A DNA stretch of 64,000 bases from Candidatus Bathyarchaeia archaeon (GCA_038883795.1 JAVZLK010000001.1:216131-280130); one strand, 5' to 3'. Shown: positions 1-10,176, counted from the stretch's first letter. Notes: generated from the letters alone by a model not told the origin. Numbers and translations are program-made.

Positions 1-1
1 G

Positions 2-409
2 GGTGTGACGCTTAAGCCTTATGACCGCGTTTATGTTGGTAAGGATGCCCGCGAGGAAATAACGTATATTATTGGGCGGGTAAGTTATGAGGAGTTAACT
101 GCGGCGGCAAAAATGGAGCTTCCTTCTGTGATTAGTCGAATAGTTTTAAATCGTGAACAATGGTTCATAAACTTCTTTAACACTGCGCAGGCTGTAACGC
201 CGCGGATGCATGCGTTGGAGTTGATTCCTGGGATTGGTAAAAAGTATATGTGGCAAGTTATAAATGAACGGGAGAAAAAGCCTTTCGAAAGCTTTGATGA
301 TTTGCAAAAGCGAACGGAGCTGCCTAATCCTGTTAAGTTGATTACTAAGAGGATTTTGGAAGAGTTGGCTGGTGAGAGCAAGTATCGCCTTTTTACGAGG
401 GCACAATAA
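2..409 (+). CDS. DUF655 family putative nucleic-acid-binding protein (5'-truncated by window edge)
   Basis: Contains HALELIPGIGKK helix-hairpin-helix and FFNxAxxxTPRMH motifs; sits upstream of ksgA as in many archaea; frame is open to the window start. Confidence 0.85.
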   Translation, partial: GVTLKPYDRVYVGKDAREEITYIIGRVSYEELTAAAKMELPSVISRIVLNREQWFINFFNTAQAVTPRMHALELIPGIGKKYMWQVINEREKKPFESFDDLQKRTELPNPVKLITKRILEELAGESKYRLFTRAQ

Positions 410-437
410 CATAAAGTGAGTGTGTTAACGAGATAAA

Positions 438-1256
438 ATGAGTCTTTTAGAAAGAACGAAGTTTCTGCTTCGAAAGCATCGAATATATCCGAAGAAAAGT
501 TTGGGGCAAAACTTTCTAATAGACTCTTCAATTTTTCAGCTTTTAGCCGATTATTGTTCGTTAAATTCTAAGGATGTGGTGTTAGATATTGGCGCGGGAC
601 TTGGTTTTCTGACTCGCTTTTTGGCTGGCTTAAGCGGCGAAGTTTTGGCTGTGGAATCTGACAAGAGGCTTGTGAAGGCTCTGAAGGAGCAACTCAAGGA
701 TTTGTCTAATGTGAAAATATTTTGGGGTGATGTATTAAAAGTGAAGCTCCCATACTTCAATAAAATTGTTTCAATTCCTCCTTACCATATCTCTTCGCCC
801 TTAATTTTGTGGCTTTTTAGCAAGGATTTCGATTGTGCAGTTTTCATTTTTCAAAAGGAGTTTGCACATCGCCTTTCCGCGTTTGTTGGAAGCGAAAATT
901 ATGGGTGGTTGGCGGTTGTTGCTTATTACTATGTTGATGTTGAAGTTTTTGATGATGTGCCCAAATGGATGTTTTATCCACAGCCAGAAGTTGACTCTGT
1001 TATTGTGCGTTTAAAACCGAAAAAGCCAAAACCTTTCAATTTGAAAAGCGAAGACTTTATTCGTTTGGCGCAATCGCTTTTTACGCATCGCAATAGAAAG
1101 GTTAGAAATGCAATTTTGCCGTTCCTAAAAGGTTTGTGTGGCATAAAAGCTGATGAGGCGGTTAAGAAAATTGAGAATCTCCCTTTTTACAACAAACGAG
1201 TGAGGGAGTTGGCGCCTGAGGATTTTGGAGTGTTGGCGAATGCTCTTGTCAGATAG
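438..1256 (+). CDS. ksgA: 16S rRNA m6,2A dimethyltransferase KsgA/Dim1
   Basis: KKSLGQNFL, VLDIGAGLG SAM motif, IPPYHISS, FYPQPEVDS. Confidence 0.95.
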   Translation: MSLLERTKFLLRKHRIYPKKSLGQNFLIDSSIFQLLADYCSLNSKDVVLDIGAGLGFLTRFLAGLSGEVLAVESDKRLVKALKEQLKDLSNVKIFWGDVLKVKLPYFNKIVSIPPYHISSPLILWLFSKDFDCAVFIFQKEFAHRLSAFVGSENYGWLAVVAYYYVDVEVFDDVPKWMFYPQPEVDSVIVRLKPKKPKPFNLKSEDFIRLAQSLFTHRNRKVRNAILPFLKGLCGIKADEAVKKIENLPFYNKRVRELAPEDFGVLANALVR

Positions 1257-1854
1257 GAAGGTGTTTTTTGAAGGTTACGTTTTCTATGTGTCGGAAAATG
1301 TTTACGAGCCGGCTGAAGATTCGTTCCTTTTTGCTGAGAATTTAAAGGTTAGGGAAGACGCTTTGGTTCTTGACATGGGTACTGGATGCGGCATATTGGG
1401 CATAATTGCTGCAGCGAAAGCATCTCATGTGCTTGCCATTGACATAAACCCTTACGCTGTTCGATGCGCAAAGGAAAATGCAAAACTGAACCATGTTTTG
1501 AATAAAATGTCCTTTATACAAGGCGATTTGTTCTCGCCACTACGGAAGGAGGAAATGTTTGATTTAATCCTTTTTAATGCGCCTTACTTGCCTACAAAAG
1601 GTAGAAAAACCGATTTTTGGCTTGAGCGAGCTTGGGCTGGTGGAAAAAAGGGTAGGGAAGTTATTGACCTTTTCATAAATGAAGCGCCGAAGTATCTGAG
1701 ACCTGAAGGGGTTATTCTTTTGATGCAGTCATCGCTTTCTAATGTTAACGAAACATTGCAAAAGTTTGGAAGGAATGGTTTAAAGGCGAATGTGATCGCT
1801 AAGAAGGCTTTGCCCTTTTTTGAAACATTGTTTCTTATGCGGGCGGAGCGGTAG
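1240..1854 (+). CDS. HemK2/PrmC-like release-factor glutamine methyltransferase
   Basis: VYEPAEDSFL, LDMGTGCG, FNAPYLP, WAGGKKGRE; start placed at ATG 1240, overlapping ksgA. Confidence 0.88.
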   Translation: MLLSDRKVFFEGYVFYVSENVYEPAEDSFLFAENLKVREDALVLDMGTGCGILGIIAAAKASHVLAIDINPYAVRCAKENAKLNHVLNKMSFIQGDLFSPLRKEEMFDLILFNAPYLPTKGRKTDFWLERAWAGGKKGREVIDLFINEAPKYLRPEGVILLMQSSLSNVNETLQKFGRNGLKANVIAKKALPFFETLFLMRAER

Positions 1855-1879
1855 ATTAATCTGCTTATGTTGCTAATAT

Positions 1880-2251
1880 TTGTTTGAGGAGAATTTGTTG
1901 GGTAGGATTGTTGGTTATTGTGGAATAGTTTGTTCTGATTGTCCCGTTTTCATTGCCACGGTGAGGAATGATAGTGTTGAAAGAAGGCGGGTGGCTGAGC
2001 TTTTTACTAGGCAGTATGGTAGGGAATACAAGCCCGGGGATATTAACTGTGATGGTTGTTTAAGCGATAGTCCACGCATTTTCCACCACTGTAATGTTTG
2101 TGAAATAAGAAAATGTGGAATGGAGAAGATGGTTGAGAACTGTGGTTTCTGTAAAGAGTATCCATGTGAGAAGCTTTCTAAATTGTTTGCTGAATATTCT
2201 AAAGCAAAGGAAACTTTAGATGCGATAAGACGTGAACGTGGCATTGTTTAA
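1880..2251 (+). CDS. DUF3795 family Cys-rich protein
   Basis: CGIVCSDC ... CDGC ... CNVCEIRKC ... NCGFCKEYPC pattern. Confidence 0.85.
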   Translation: MFEENLLGRIVGYCGIVCSDCPVFIATVRNDSVERRRVAELFTRQYGREYKPGDINCDGCLSDSPRIFHHCNVCEIRKCGMEKMVENCGFCKEYPCEKLSKLFAEYSKAKETLDAIRRERGIV

Positions 2252-2293
2252 AAGCGAGTGATTGCAGTCATGAGTTAGTTTAGGTGCGCTTTT

Positions 2294-2590
2294 TTATAAG
2301 ATGTGTTTTTGTAACCTTAACTCGTCTCTGATTGGTAGTCCGCCTATCCCTTTTAAGATCATGCCATGTTTCTCCGCTATAACGTTTTGTTTTATTTCGT
2401 AAATCTGAAAGCCTATGCTTTGGTAAAATGCTAAGGCTGGCAAATCATCATTTGATGTTGAAACAAGCAATTTTTTCTTGCATAATCGTTTAGCTTCCTC
2501 TTCAACTTTTTCTACCAGGCTTTTGCCTATGTTTAAATTTTGGTATTGGGGAAGCACCCCCAGAGCCACGATTATGATGCTTTGCTCCAA
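2294..2590 (-). pseudogene. GNAT acetyltransferase, apparently N-terminally truncated
   Basis: Motif A (LGVLPQYQNLNIGKSL) and ALAFYQSIGF are present, but the ORF is only 98 aa, starts at strand beta4, and has in-frame stops upstream. Confidence 0.55.
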
Positions 2591-2816
2591 TGTAAGTTTT
2601 AGACTGTTATATGGTTGTTAACATAATTTTATGTTTGCTGTTTTGCTAAATTGGATAGTCTTTTTCATGTTGGTTTGGAAGGTTTTCTTTTGTAATAGGG
2701 ACCTACCCTCTCTAGTTTTAAGGCGGTGTTAGAATTGATTGCCTTCTGCAACAAACAAAATTGTGTTAAAAAGCTATATAACGAGAAAGTTTCAGTATTG
2801 CTAGAAAGTTTGAGGT

Positions 2817-3347
2817 GTGGTGGCGATGTGCGTTTTGGGTAAGGATAAGCTTAAGGAGCTTATTGAGAAGTATAAGTGCATATATCCATACGATTATAAT
2901 TTGCTTGATGGAGACAGCTACGTTTTAACAGTGAAGGAGGAGACTACGCTTAACTATTTGGAGCATAAAAACCTAATAACCTATGAAATTGTTTTTGTTC
3001 CACCAGATTTTGTGGCGCATTTGACGGCTAAAAGCAAATACGGCAGAATGGGCTTGTCCTTTTTGAATGCTGCAAAGGTTCACAGCGGTTTTGTAGGAAG
3101 ACTTGCTTTGGAACTTGTGAACTTGAGCAATGACCGTTGTCCCATCACAATTAAGCGTGGAGATCCCTTTATGCACATAGAATTTGTAACACGTGAGGGT
3201 GCACCTTCTCCGTATACTGGGGAGTATCAATTTCAGTATTTGACGGATGAGGAAATGCAAATGTATATTCCAATTTTGAAGAAGGTTTTTCCAAACTATG
3301 ATGAACTCGCAAAGGCATGGTTCAAAAACAAGCGGCTACCGCCCTAA
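2817..3347 (+). CDS. dCTP deaminase / trimeric dUTPase-like protein
   Basis: AKSKYGRMGL and VHSGFVGRLALELVN resemble the Dcd motifs RSSxGRLGL and IDPGFxGxxTLE; YxGxYQxQ tail. Confidence 0.7.
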   Translation: MVAMCVLGKDKLKELIEKYKCIYPYDYNLLDGDSYVLTVKEETTLNYLEHKNLITYEIVFVPPDFVAHLTAKSKYGRMGLSFLNAAKVHSGFVGRLALELVNLSNDRCPITIKRGDPFMHIEFVTREGAPSPYTGEYQFQYLTDEEMQMYIPILKKVFPNYDELAKAWFKNKRLPP

Positions 3348-3472
3348 AATGAAGTTTTAGAGTCTAACTTTGATTTTTAAAATTGATTTTGAATTCATAA
3401 CTTTAATCAAAAAGGGTGCTCAACAAATTGTTTAAATACCACGGTTATGGTATGCAAAAGAGAGGATTTAAA

Positions 3473-3991
3473 ATGCGTGCGCGCAATTACAGAGCCGCCA
3501 AAGGGCAACCCTACACTAGAAAAGAGTTTGTGAAGGGGTTTCCTCCGCCTAAAATAACCAAGTTCACTATGGGAGATACTAAAGCAAAGTTCGAGTATGA
3601 AGCCAAACTTATAGCCTTGGAAAGGGCTCAAATTCGCCACAACGCCTTGGAAGCGGCTCGGGTGGCAATAAACCGTGTTTTAATGGACAAGCTTGCAAAC
3701 AATTATCGTTTGCATATTCATCCTTACCCCCATGTTATTCTTAGAGAGAATAAAATGATTTTTGGCGCCCACGCAGACCGTCTTCAAGATGGTATGAGGA
3801 GGGCTTTTGGAAAACCCATTGGAACGGCGGCACGAATAGAACCTAACCAAACAATTGCTACAGTAAATGTGAATGCAGATGGCATTGACGCTGCCAAAGA
3901 AGCCTTGAGGCGTGGGAGCGCCAAACTTCCGATTCCATGTAGAATAATAATTGAAAAATCACCAGTGGAAGAGGTGAAAACAGTTGGGTGA
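3473..3991 (+). CDS. rpl10e: 50S ribosomal protein uL16 (L10e)
   Basis: PYTRKEF, ALEAARV, LRENKM...ADRLQDGMRRAFGKPIG. Confidence 0.97.
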   Translation: MRARNYRAAKGQPYTRKEFVKGFPPPKITKFTMGDTKAKFEYEAKLIALERAQIRHNALEAARVAINRVLMDKLANNYRLHIHPYPHVILRENKMIFGAHADRLQDGMRRAFGKPIGTAARIEPNQTIATVNVNADGIDAAKEALRRGSAKLPIPCRIIIEKSPVEEVKTVG

Positions 3992-6455
3992 AATGCGAAA
4001 AGATTTAGTCATATGGTTTGAAAACCTAAGAAGAACAGACATTCCACTAGTCGGCGGCAAAAATGCAAACCTTGGCGAAATGACAAGTGCTGGTATACCC
4101 GTCCCACCAGGTTTTGCCATAACAGCTTATTCCTACAAAAAATTCATAGAAGAAACTGGGATAGCCTCGAAAATTTATGAGATTATAGGAAAAACCGTTA
4201 CAAATCCAAGCGACCCTGCGCAGTACGAGATAGCTTCTAAGAAGATTCGTGAACTTATAGAGTCAACGCCTATGCCGAAAGAAATTGAGAATGCCATTAA
4301 ATCCGCTTATGAAGAGTTATGCAAAAAACTTGGAGTGAAAGAGGTTTTTGTGGCTGTGCGTTCAAGCGCCACCGCCGAAGACCTTCCAGACGCTTCCTTT
4401 GCTGGGCAGCAAGAGACATACTTGAATGTTAAAGGCGTTGGCGAGGTTCTTGAGAAGACTGTTAAGTGTTGGTCAAGTCTTTTCACACCGAGGGCGATTT
4501 TCTATAGAACTGAAAAAGGCTTTGCTCATGAAAGAGTTCTAATAAGTGTTGGAGTTCAAAAAATGGTTAATTCTAAGGCTGCAGGCGTAATTTTCACAAT
4601 AAACCCCGTTACGGGAGACCCCAACCAAATAGTTATCGAGGGCAATTATGGTTTGGGAGAGGCTGTTGTTTCTGGAGCTGTAACACCTGACGATTTTATC
4701 GTTGATAAGAATACTATGAAGATAATTGAGAAGCGTATATCAAAGAAGAAAGTGCAATATCTTCGCGACCCAACCACTGGTAAAACGGTTCATGTAGAAG
4801 TGCCTTTGGAAAAGCAAGAGCAGCCGTGCTTAACGGATGAAGAAGTTCTTAAGCTTGCTGAATTGGCAAAACGCATTGAAAGGCATTATGGGAAACCTCA
4901 AGACATTGAATGGGCAATTGACAGCGATTTACCCTTCCCAAACAACGTTTTCATAGTCCAATCCAGACCTGAAACTGTTTGGAGCCTAAAAATGGCGGAA
5001 ATACCGAAAGTGGAAGCTGCGGCAATTAAGCCAACTGAAGAGTTAAAAGTTGTCGTTAAAGGAATTGCGGCTGGCAAAAGAGGCTTCGGATTAGGCAAGG
5101 CAAAAGTTGTTTTAAACCCCCAAGAGGCTGCAAAGGTTATGCAGAAAGGTGACATCCTCGTCACCGACATGACTAACCCCGATTATGTGCCTTTCATGAA
5201 GCTTGCAAGCGCCATAGTCACAGACAAAGGCGGAGTAACATGCCACGCAGCCATTGTAAGCCGAGAGCTTGGCATACCATGTGTTGTGGGAACGGAAAAT
5301 GCTACAAAGCTAATGGTGAGTGGCAAAGAATACACGGTAGATTCGCGAAGCGGTGTCGTTTATGAAGGGATAATTCCAACCCTAACAGAGCAGCTTTCAT
5401 CAGCCTCCGGAGTTTCTTCTCCATCACAAACCGTTGTGGCTGGAAGTTTCCAGTCCGTGCCAGTAACGGCGACGAAGATTTACATGAATTTAGGTGTGCC
5501 GGAAAAAATTGAGGAATACAAAGACTTGCCTTTTGAAGGAATAGGGCTTATGCGCATCGAATTCATTCTAGCCAGCTACATAGGCGAACACCCACTATAT
5601 CTCATTGAAACTGGACAATCCCAGAAATTCGTGGACAAACTTGCGGAGGGAATAGCAACTGTCGCAAGGGCTATCCAACCACGCCCCGTTGTTGTGCGTT
5701 TCAGCGACTTTAAAACAAATGAGTATAGAGAGTTGAAAGGCGGCGAAAAATACGAAATTGTGGAAGCAAACCCCATGCTTGGCTGGAGAGGATGCAGCCG
5801 TTACATAAGCCCATGGTATGAAAAAGCGTTTAGGCTTGAGTGCCAAGCAATAGTGAAATGCCGCAAAGAATGGGGGCTCAAAAACGTCTGGGTTATGCTT
5901 CCTGTTGTGCGCACTGTTTGGGAAGCCAAAAAAGTCTTGGAAATCATGCGTGAAGAAGGATTAGAAAGGTCAAAAGACTTTAAAGTTTGGTTTATGGCTG
6001 AAACTCCCTCAATCGCCATACTCGCCGATGAATTTTCAAAGCTCTGCGATGGCTTCTCCATAGGCTCGAACGACATGACCCAAGGCATATTAATGATTGA
6101 CAGAGACTCCGAACGCCTCGGGCAAATGGGATACTTTGACGAAAGAGACCCTGCCGTAAAAAGAATAATTGCCCACCTAATCAAAGTGGCTCATGAAAAC
6201 GGTGCCACGGTTTCCATATGCGGCGAAGGGCCATCAAATCTGCCCGACTTTGCAGAGTTTCTTGTTAGAGCGGGAATTGATAGCATATCCGTAAATAATG
6301 ATGCTGTGGTTGCAACGAAAAAACTTGTGGCAAGTATAGAGCAGAAGATAATCTTGGAGCAGCTTGCGGAACAGAAGGAAAGAGCTTTTGGGCGTGCGGT
6401 TCGAAAACCGAAAGAAGATTGGGAATGGTCGCCGCAGTGGGGCGAAACAGAATAG
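3984..6455 (+). CDS. ppsA: Phosphoenolpyruvate synthase (pyruvate,water dikinase)
   Basis: VGGKNANLGEM, VRSSATAEDLPDASFAGQQET, GGVTCHAAIVSRELG phospho-His motif, GFSIGSND. Confidence 0.96.
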   Translation: MGEMRKDLVIWFENLRRTDIPLVGGKNANLGEMTSAGIPVPPGFAITAYSYKKFIEETGIASKIYEIIGKTVTNPSDPAQYEIASKKIRELIESTPMPKEIENAIKSAYEELCKKLGVKEVFVAVRSSATAEDLPDASFAGQQETYLNVKGVGEVLEKTVKCWSSLFTPRAIFYRTEKGFAHERVLISVGVQKMVNSKAAGVIFTINPVTGDPNQIVIEGNYGLGEAVVSGAVTPDDFIVDKNTMKIIEKRISKKKVQYLRDPTTGKTVHVEVPLEKQEQPCLTDEEVLKLAELAKRIERHYGKPQDIEWAIDSDLPFPNNVFIVQSRPETVWSLKMAEIPKVEAAAIKPTEELKVVVKGIAAGKRGFGLGKAKVVLNPQEAAKVMQKGDILVTDMTNPDYVPFMKLASAIVTDKGGVTCHAAIVSRELGIPCVVGTENATKLMVSGKEYTVDSRSGVVYEGIIPTLTEQLSSASGVSSPSQTVVAGSFQSVPVTATKIYMNLGVPEKIEEYKDLPFEGIGLMRIEFILASYIGEHPLYLIETGQSQKFVDKLAEGIATVARAIQPRPVVVRFSDFKTNEYRELKGGEKYEIVEANPMLGWRGCSRYISPWYEKAFRLECQAIVKCRKEWGLKNVWVMLPVVRTVWEAKKVLEIMREEGLERSKDFKVWFMAETPSIAILADEFSKLCDGFSIGSNDMTQGILMIDRDSERLGQMGYFDERDPAVKRIIAHLIKVAHENGATVSICGEGPSNLPDFAEFLVRAGIDSISVNNDAVVATKKLVASIEQKIILEQLAEQKERAFGRAVRKPKEDWEWSPQWGETE

Positions 6456-6523
6456 ACAACTCTTTATTTCCTTGTTTTATTTAGTGCGTTTTAAATTTTA
6501 GTGGGCTTTTGGGTGTGGTGTAA

Positions 6524-7525
6524 ATGAAGCATTTTGATTTAGAAGAAGAAAGAGTTAAACAGGAAATCCTCAAACTTGGCGCAAAACGAGTACTAATTCA
6601 ACTACCCGAAGGCTTGAAACCGGAAGCACCATACCTATCCAAAATTGTCGAAAAGGCTGGCGCATTACCAATCGTTTCTGCAGACCCATGTTATGGTGCC
6701 TGTGATCTTGCATCAGCAGATGCTGAAGCCTTGGGCGTTGACTTAATCATTCATTACGGGCATTCGAAAATGTTGCGGTATGAAAGGGTTCCAACAGTTT
6801 ACATTGAAGCGAGGGCTACGCTAAATGTGGAAGACGTTGTTGAAAAAGCATTGCCCATGTTGGAAAAATGGCGTAAAATAGGTTTAACAACCACAGTTCA
6901 GCACGTGCAAACCCTTGATGTCGCTAGGGAAATGTTGCTGCGGGCTGGAAAAGTTGTGGCAATTGGCGATGCTGGACGCCTAAACTATGCTGGGCAAGTT
7001 ATTGGATGCAATTATAGCAACGCTAAGTCCATAGCGGATGGTGTTGAAGCCTTCCTTTTCATTGGTGGAGGGCGGTTCCATGCTTTAGGAGTTGCGCTTT
7101 CCACCTCAAAACCAACAATTATCGCTGACCCCTATGAGAAAAGAGTTTTTTCCGTGAATGAGGAAGCAGAGAAAATCGTTAAACAGCGTTGGGCAAGCAT
7201 TCAAGAGGCAGAAAAAGCCAAAACTTTCGCAGTTTTGGTTGGATTAAAACCTGGACAAAGAAAACTTGAAGAAGCCTTAATGATTAAGGAGAAGCTTGAA
7301 GAAAAGGGAAAATTAGCCTACCTTTTAGCAGCTAAAGAAATTTCTCCAGAAATGCTCATGGAATTTCCTTCAGTCGACGCTTTTGTAAATACAGCGTGTC
7401 CAAGAGTTTCCATGGATGACTCTACGAGATTTAAGAAACCCTTATTGACGGTTAATGAGGCTTTGGTTGTTGTTGGAGAATTGTCATGGGAAGAATTATG
7501 CAGAAAAGGTTGGTTCGAAAACTAG
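6524..7525 (+). CDS. dph2: Diphthamide biosynthesis protein Dph2
   Basis: IQLPEGLK, PCYGACD, GQVIGC, TACPR cluster cysteines. Confidence 0.95.
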   Translation: MKHFDLEEERVKQEILKLGAKRVLIQLPEGLKPEAPYLSKIVEKAGALPIVSADPCYGACDLASADAEALGVDLIIHYGHSKMLRYERVPTVYIEARATLNVEDVVEKALPMLEKWRKIGLTTTVQHVQTLDVAREMLLRAGKVVAIGDAGRLNYAGQVIGCNYSNAKSIADGVEAFLFIGGGRFHALGVALSTSKPTIIADPYEKRVFSVNEEAEKIVKQRWASIQEAEKAKTFAVLVGLKPGQRKLEEALMIKEKLEEKGKLAYLLAAKEISPEMLMEFPSVDAFVNTACPRVSMDDSTRFKKPLLTVNEALVVVGELSWEELCRKGWFEN

Positions 7526-8181
7526 ACCTAGAGCTTTTCCTTTCCCAAATTGAACCGCATCCAACCCCAACACCGAGCCTGGAGCAATACACGGTTCCCG
7601 TGGATGTTGCGGCTACAATGCTTTACATGGCAGCCTACACATACAACGACATTATTGATAAAACAGTTTTGGATTTGGGATGCGGCACTGGAAGGCTTGC
7701 TCTCGGCGCCGCTTTCTTGGGTGCAAAACATGTTGTAGGCGTAGACATCGACAAAAATGCGGTTAAAATGGCTTTTGAAAATTCTTTGAAAGCGAATTTG
7801 AAGGAAAGAGTGTGTTGGATTAGTGGAGACATAGACACCATTCACGGAAACTTTGACACGGTATTACAGAATCCACCTTTTGGCGTGCAAAAACCAAAGG
7901 CTGACCGAAAGTTTCTCAAAAAAGCTTTGGAAACGGGTAAAGTTGTTTATTCACTTCACAAAAGCCCCAGAAAAAATAAGGCCTTTATCAAAAAAGTAAA
8001 GGCGAGAAAAGAAGGTATTACACCAATAGTGCCTTCTCCATTCTTTAAAAGGTTTATAGAGGAACATGGTGGCAAAATTAGGGCTGTTTACGCCACAGTT
8101 ATGACAATTCCACACATGTTTTCCTTTCATGCAAAAAGGAAACATGAGTTTGTTGCTGAATTATACGTTATAGAAAGTTAG
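7498..8181 (+). CDS. METTL5-family RNA methyltransferase
   Basis: LEQYT, DLGCGTG, QNPPFG, ADRKFL, VYSLH. Confidence 0.88.
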   Translation: MQKRLVRKLDLELFLSQIEPHPTPTPSLEQYTVPVDVAATMLYMAAYTYNDIIDKTVLDLGCGTGRLALGAAFLGAKHVVGVDIDKNAVKMAFENSLKANLKERVCWISGDIDTIHGNFDTVLQNPPFGVQKPKADRKFLKKALETGKVVYSLHKSPRKNKAFIKKVKARKEGITPIVPSPFFKRFIEEHGGKIRAVYATVMTIPHMFSFHAKRKHEFVAELYVIES

Positions 8182-8234
8182 GAATCAAAAGGTTTATTGA
8201 GGTGGCATAGACAAGTAGAGAGGTGCGGTTTAAC

Positions 8235-8813
8235 ATGAATACATTATCGGAAAGGGAAAGCGGAAAATTTGTGTTGCCCGGCGAGCGTTTAGGTGTTATT
8301 GAAGAGTTCATTCCAGACGCTGGAACCTATGTTTTGGATGGGGTTATCCACTCCAAAATTGTCGGGCGGGCTTTACTTGATTTTTTGAATAAGCGGGTTT
8401 CCGTTTACCCCCTAATTCGCGGAGCCCGAATCCCAAAAGTTGGAAGCATAGTAATGGGGCAAGTTTCAACAGTCCAAACCGAAAATGCTGGCGTGCGAAT
8501 CTTCAAAATTGGCAATAAATCCTTAACAGGCTTTTTCTCCGGCATCCTTCACATTTCAGACGTGCAGCAAACCTATGTTAAATCCATGTTTGACGTATGC
8601 AAACCCGGAGACATCATAAGAGCTAAAGTTATCAGCGAAAAAAACCACGTTTATCATCTGTCTACAAAAGACAAGGAGTTGGGTGTTGTTTATGCCTTTT
8701 GTTCCCAATGTGGTTACATGTTAGAGTTGAAACGCCATGTTATGCGTTGTCTCAGATGCGGAAAAATTGAAAAGCGCAAAACTGCTTTAGATTATGGAAA
8801 AGGAATAGTATAA
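8235..8813 (+). CDS. csl4: Exosome RNA-binding subunit Csl4
   Basis: VLPGERLG N-terminus, S1 domain (GDIIRAKV), C-terminal zinc ribbon CSQC/CLRC, EKRK. Confidence 0.95.
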   Translation: MNTLSERESGKFVLPGERLGVIEEFIPDAGTYVLDGVIHSKIVGRALLDFLNKRVSVYPLIRGARIPKVGSIVMGQVSTVQTENAGVRIFKIGNKSLTGFFSGILHISDVQQTYVKSMFDVCKPGDIIRAKVISEKNHVYHLSTKDKELGVVYAFCSQCGYMLELKRHVMRCLRCGKIEKRKTALDYGKGIV

Positions 8814-8834
8814 AAGAGAAAGGAGAAATGCAAT

Positions 8835-9119
8835 TTGAAAATTAAAACTTTGAAGAAAACTCCGAACGAGCTCAAGATAGAAATTGAAGGTCTTGGTCAT
8901 ACCATTTGCAATCTCTTACAAAAGCGCCTTTTAGAAGATGAAAATGTGGATTTGGCTGGCTATGACATACCCCACCCTCTAGCTTCGAACTCTATAATTT
9001 ATGTTCGAACAAAGGGAAAAGTTAAACCTGAAGAGGCTTTGCTGAAGGCTTTGGAAAAGACCCGCGAAATGAATGAGGAATTTAGGAAGGAAGTTGAAAA
9101 AGCGTTTAAGAAAATTTAA
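8835..9119 (+). CDS. rpoL: RNA polymerase subunit L (Rpo11)
   Basis: GHTICNLL, AGYDIPHPL; directly after csl4. Confidence 0.95.
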   Translation: MKIKTLKKTPNELKIEIEGLGHTICNLLQKRLLEDENVDLAGYDIPHPLASNSIIYVRTKGKVKPEEALLKALEKTREMNEEFRKEVEKAFKKI

Positions 9120-9516
9120 TTTTCTCCTTTATTATCGCTAACAGTTGAGTTAAGGCTTCAACCAGATCCGCATTCTCTTCCAAAATTGTAACACTTTCTT
9201 CCAATGTAATGCAATCACAAAGCCAAGCATAAACAATTAGCGCCTCTGCGGCATCCGCCATCAAATGCCTTGTCATTCTTGAAGGCAAATACTCTCTTAA
9301 TCCAGCTTTCCTCAGCGCTTCCGAAAGTGCAACCCCTCTAACCTTTGCTCCTGAAGGTTTTCCCCTTCTTTTTGATAAGGCTAATGAATAAGCAAAGTTT
9401 ATGTATGCATCTCCAAGCGCTGCCAAATCGTGGTCCACAAGCACTTCTTTTAGGGTTCCATAAGATTTTATGAACGCGAATGTTTTTTCGTTTTCTTTCA
9501 AATCGAGCACGTCCAA
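9106..9516 (-). CDS. Archaeal stand-alone ribonuclease III-like protein
   Basis: LAALGDAYINF and ADAAEAL RNase III-type signatures; no dsRBD. Confidence 0.75.
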   Translation of the reverse strand: MDVLDLKENEKTFAFIKSYGTLKEVLVDHDLAALGDAYINFAYSLALSKRRGKPSGAKVRGVALSEALRKAGLREYLPSRMTRHLMADAAEALIVYAWLCDCITLEESVTILEENADLVEALTQLLAIIKEKIKFS

Positions 9517-9588
9517 GCTGCTTTATTAGTTTTCACTAAACTTATAATGTTTCTTTCTTATAATTTGTTCAAAGCGGGTGGAACAATT

Positions 9589-10176
9589 TTGGCTGTTAAA
9601 AAATTTCGTATAATTAAACCCGAAATCCGCGTTTTGGGAGTGGATGATGGAGTATTTGTTCCACGCTCAAAGGGATTGGTGCCAATTGTGGGGGTGGTTT
9701 TTAGGGGTGGTTATTGGCTTGACGGAGTAATGCATACCAACGTAAAAATAGACGGCTTGGACGCCACGAAAAAGATAACGTCTATGATAATTAATTCGCC
9801 TCACTATAAACAATTGCGGGTTATAATGCTTAATGGAATAACTTTTGCAGGCTTCAACATAGTAGATATAAGGGAACTCAGTGCCGAAACAAAACTTCCA
9901 GTTATAGCCGTAACACGAGAAAAACCCAATTTTAAAGAAATCCGCGAAGCCCTAAAAAATCTGCCAAAAAGCGAAGAGCGCTGGAAAGCAGTAGAAAATG
10001 CTGGAGAAGTGCATGAGGTATTCACTAGAAATGAAAAAGAAAAAATCTACATGCAAATTTGCGGAATACTCGAAGAAGACGCTAAGAAAATTTTGCAGTT
10101 AACATCCACAAGAAGCAACATTCCCGAAGCCTTACGTGTAGCCCACCTTATTGCTTCTGGAATAACCACCATTTAG
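9589..10176 (+). CDS. DUF99 / UPF0215 (endonuclease dU-like, RNase H fold) protein
   Basis: VLGVDDG, DGLDAT, GITFAGFN, PEALRVAHLIA; probable TTG start. Confidence 0.85.
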   Translation: MAVKKFRIIKPEIRVLGVDDGVFVPRSKGLVPIVGVVFRGGYWLDGVMHTNVKIDGLDATKKITSMIINSPHYKQLRVIMLNGITFAGFNIVDIRELSAETKLPVIAVTREKPNFKEIREALKNLPKSEERWKAVENAGEVHEVFTRNEKEKIYMQICGILEEDAKKILQLTSTRSNIPEALRVAHLIASGITTI

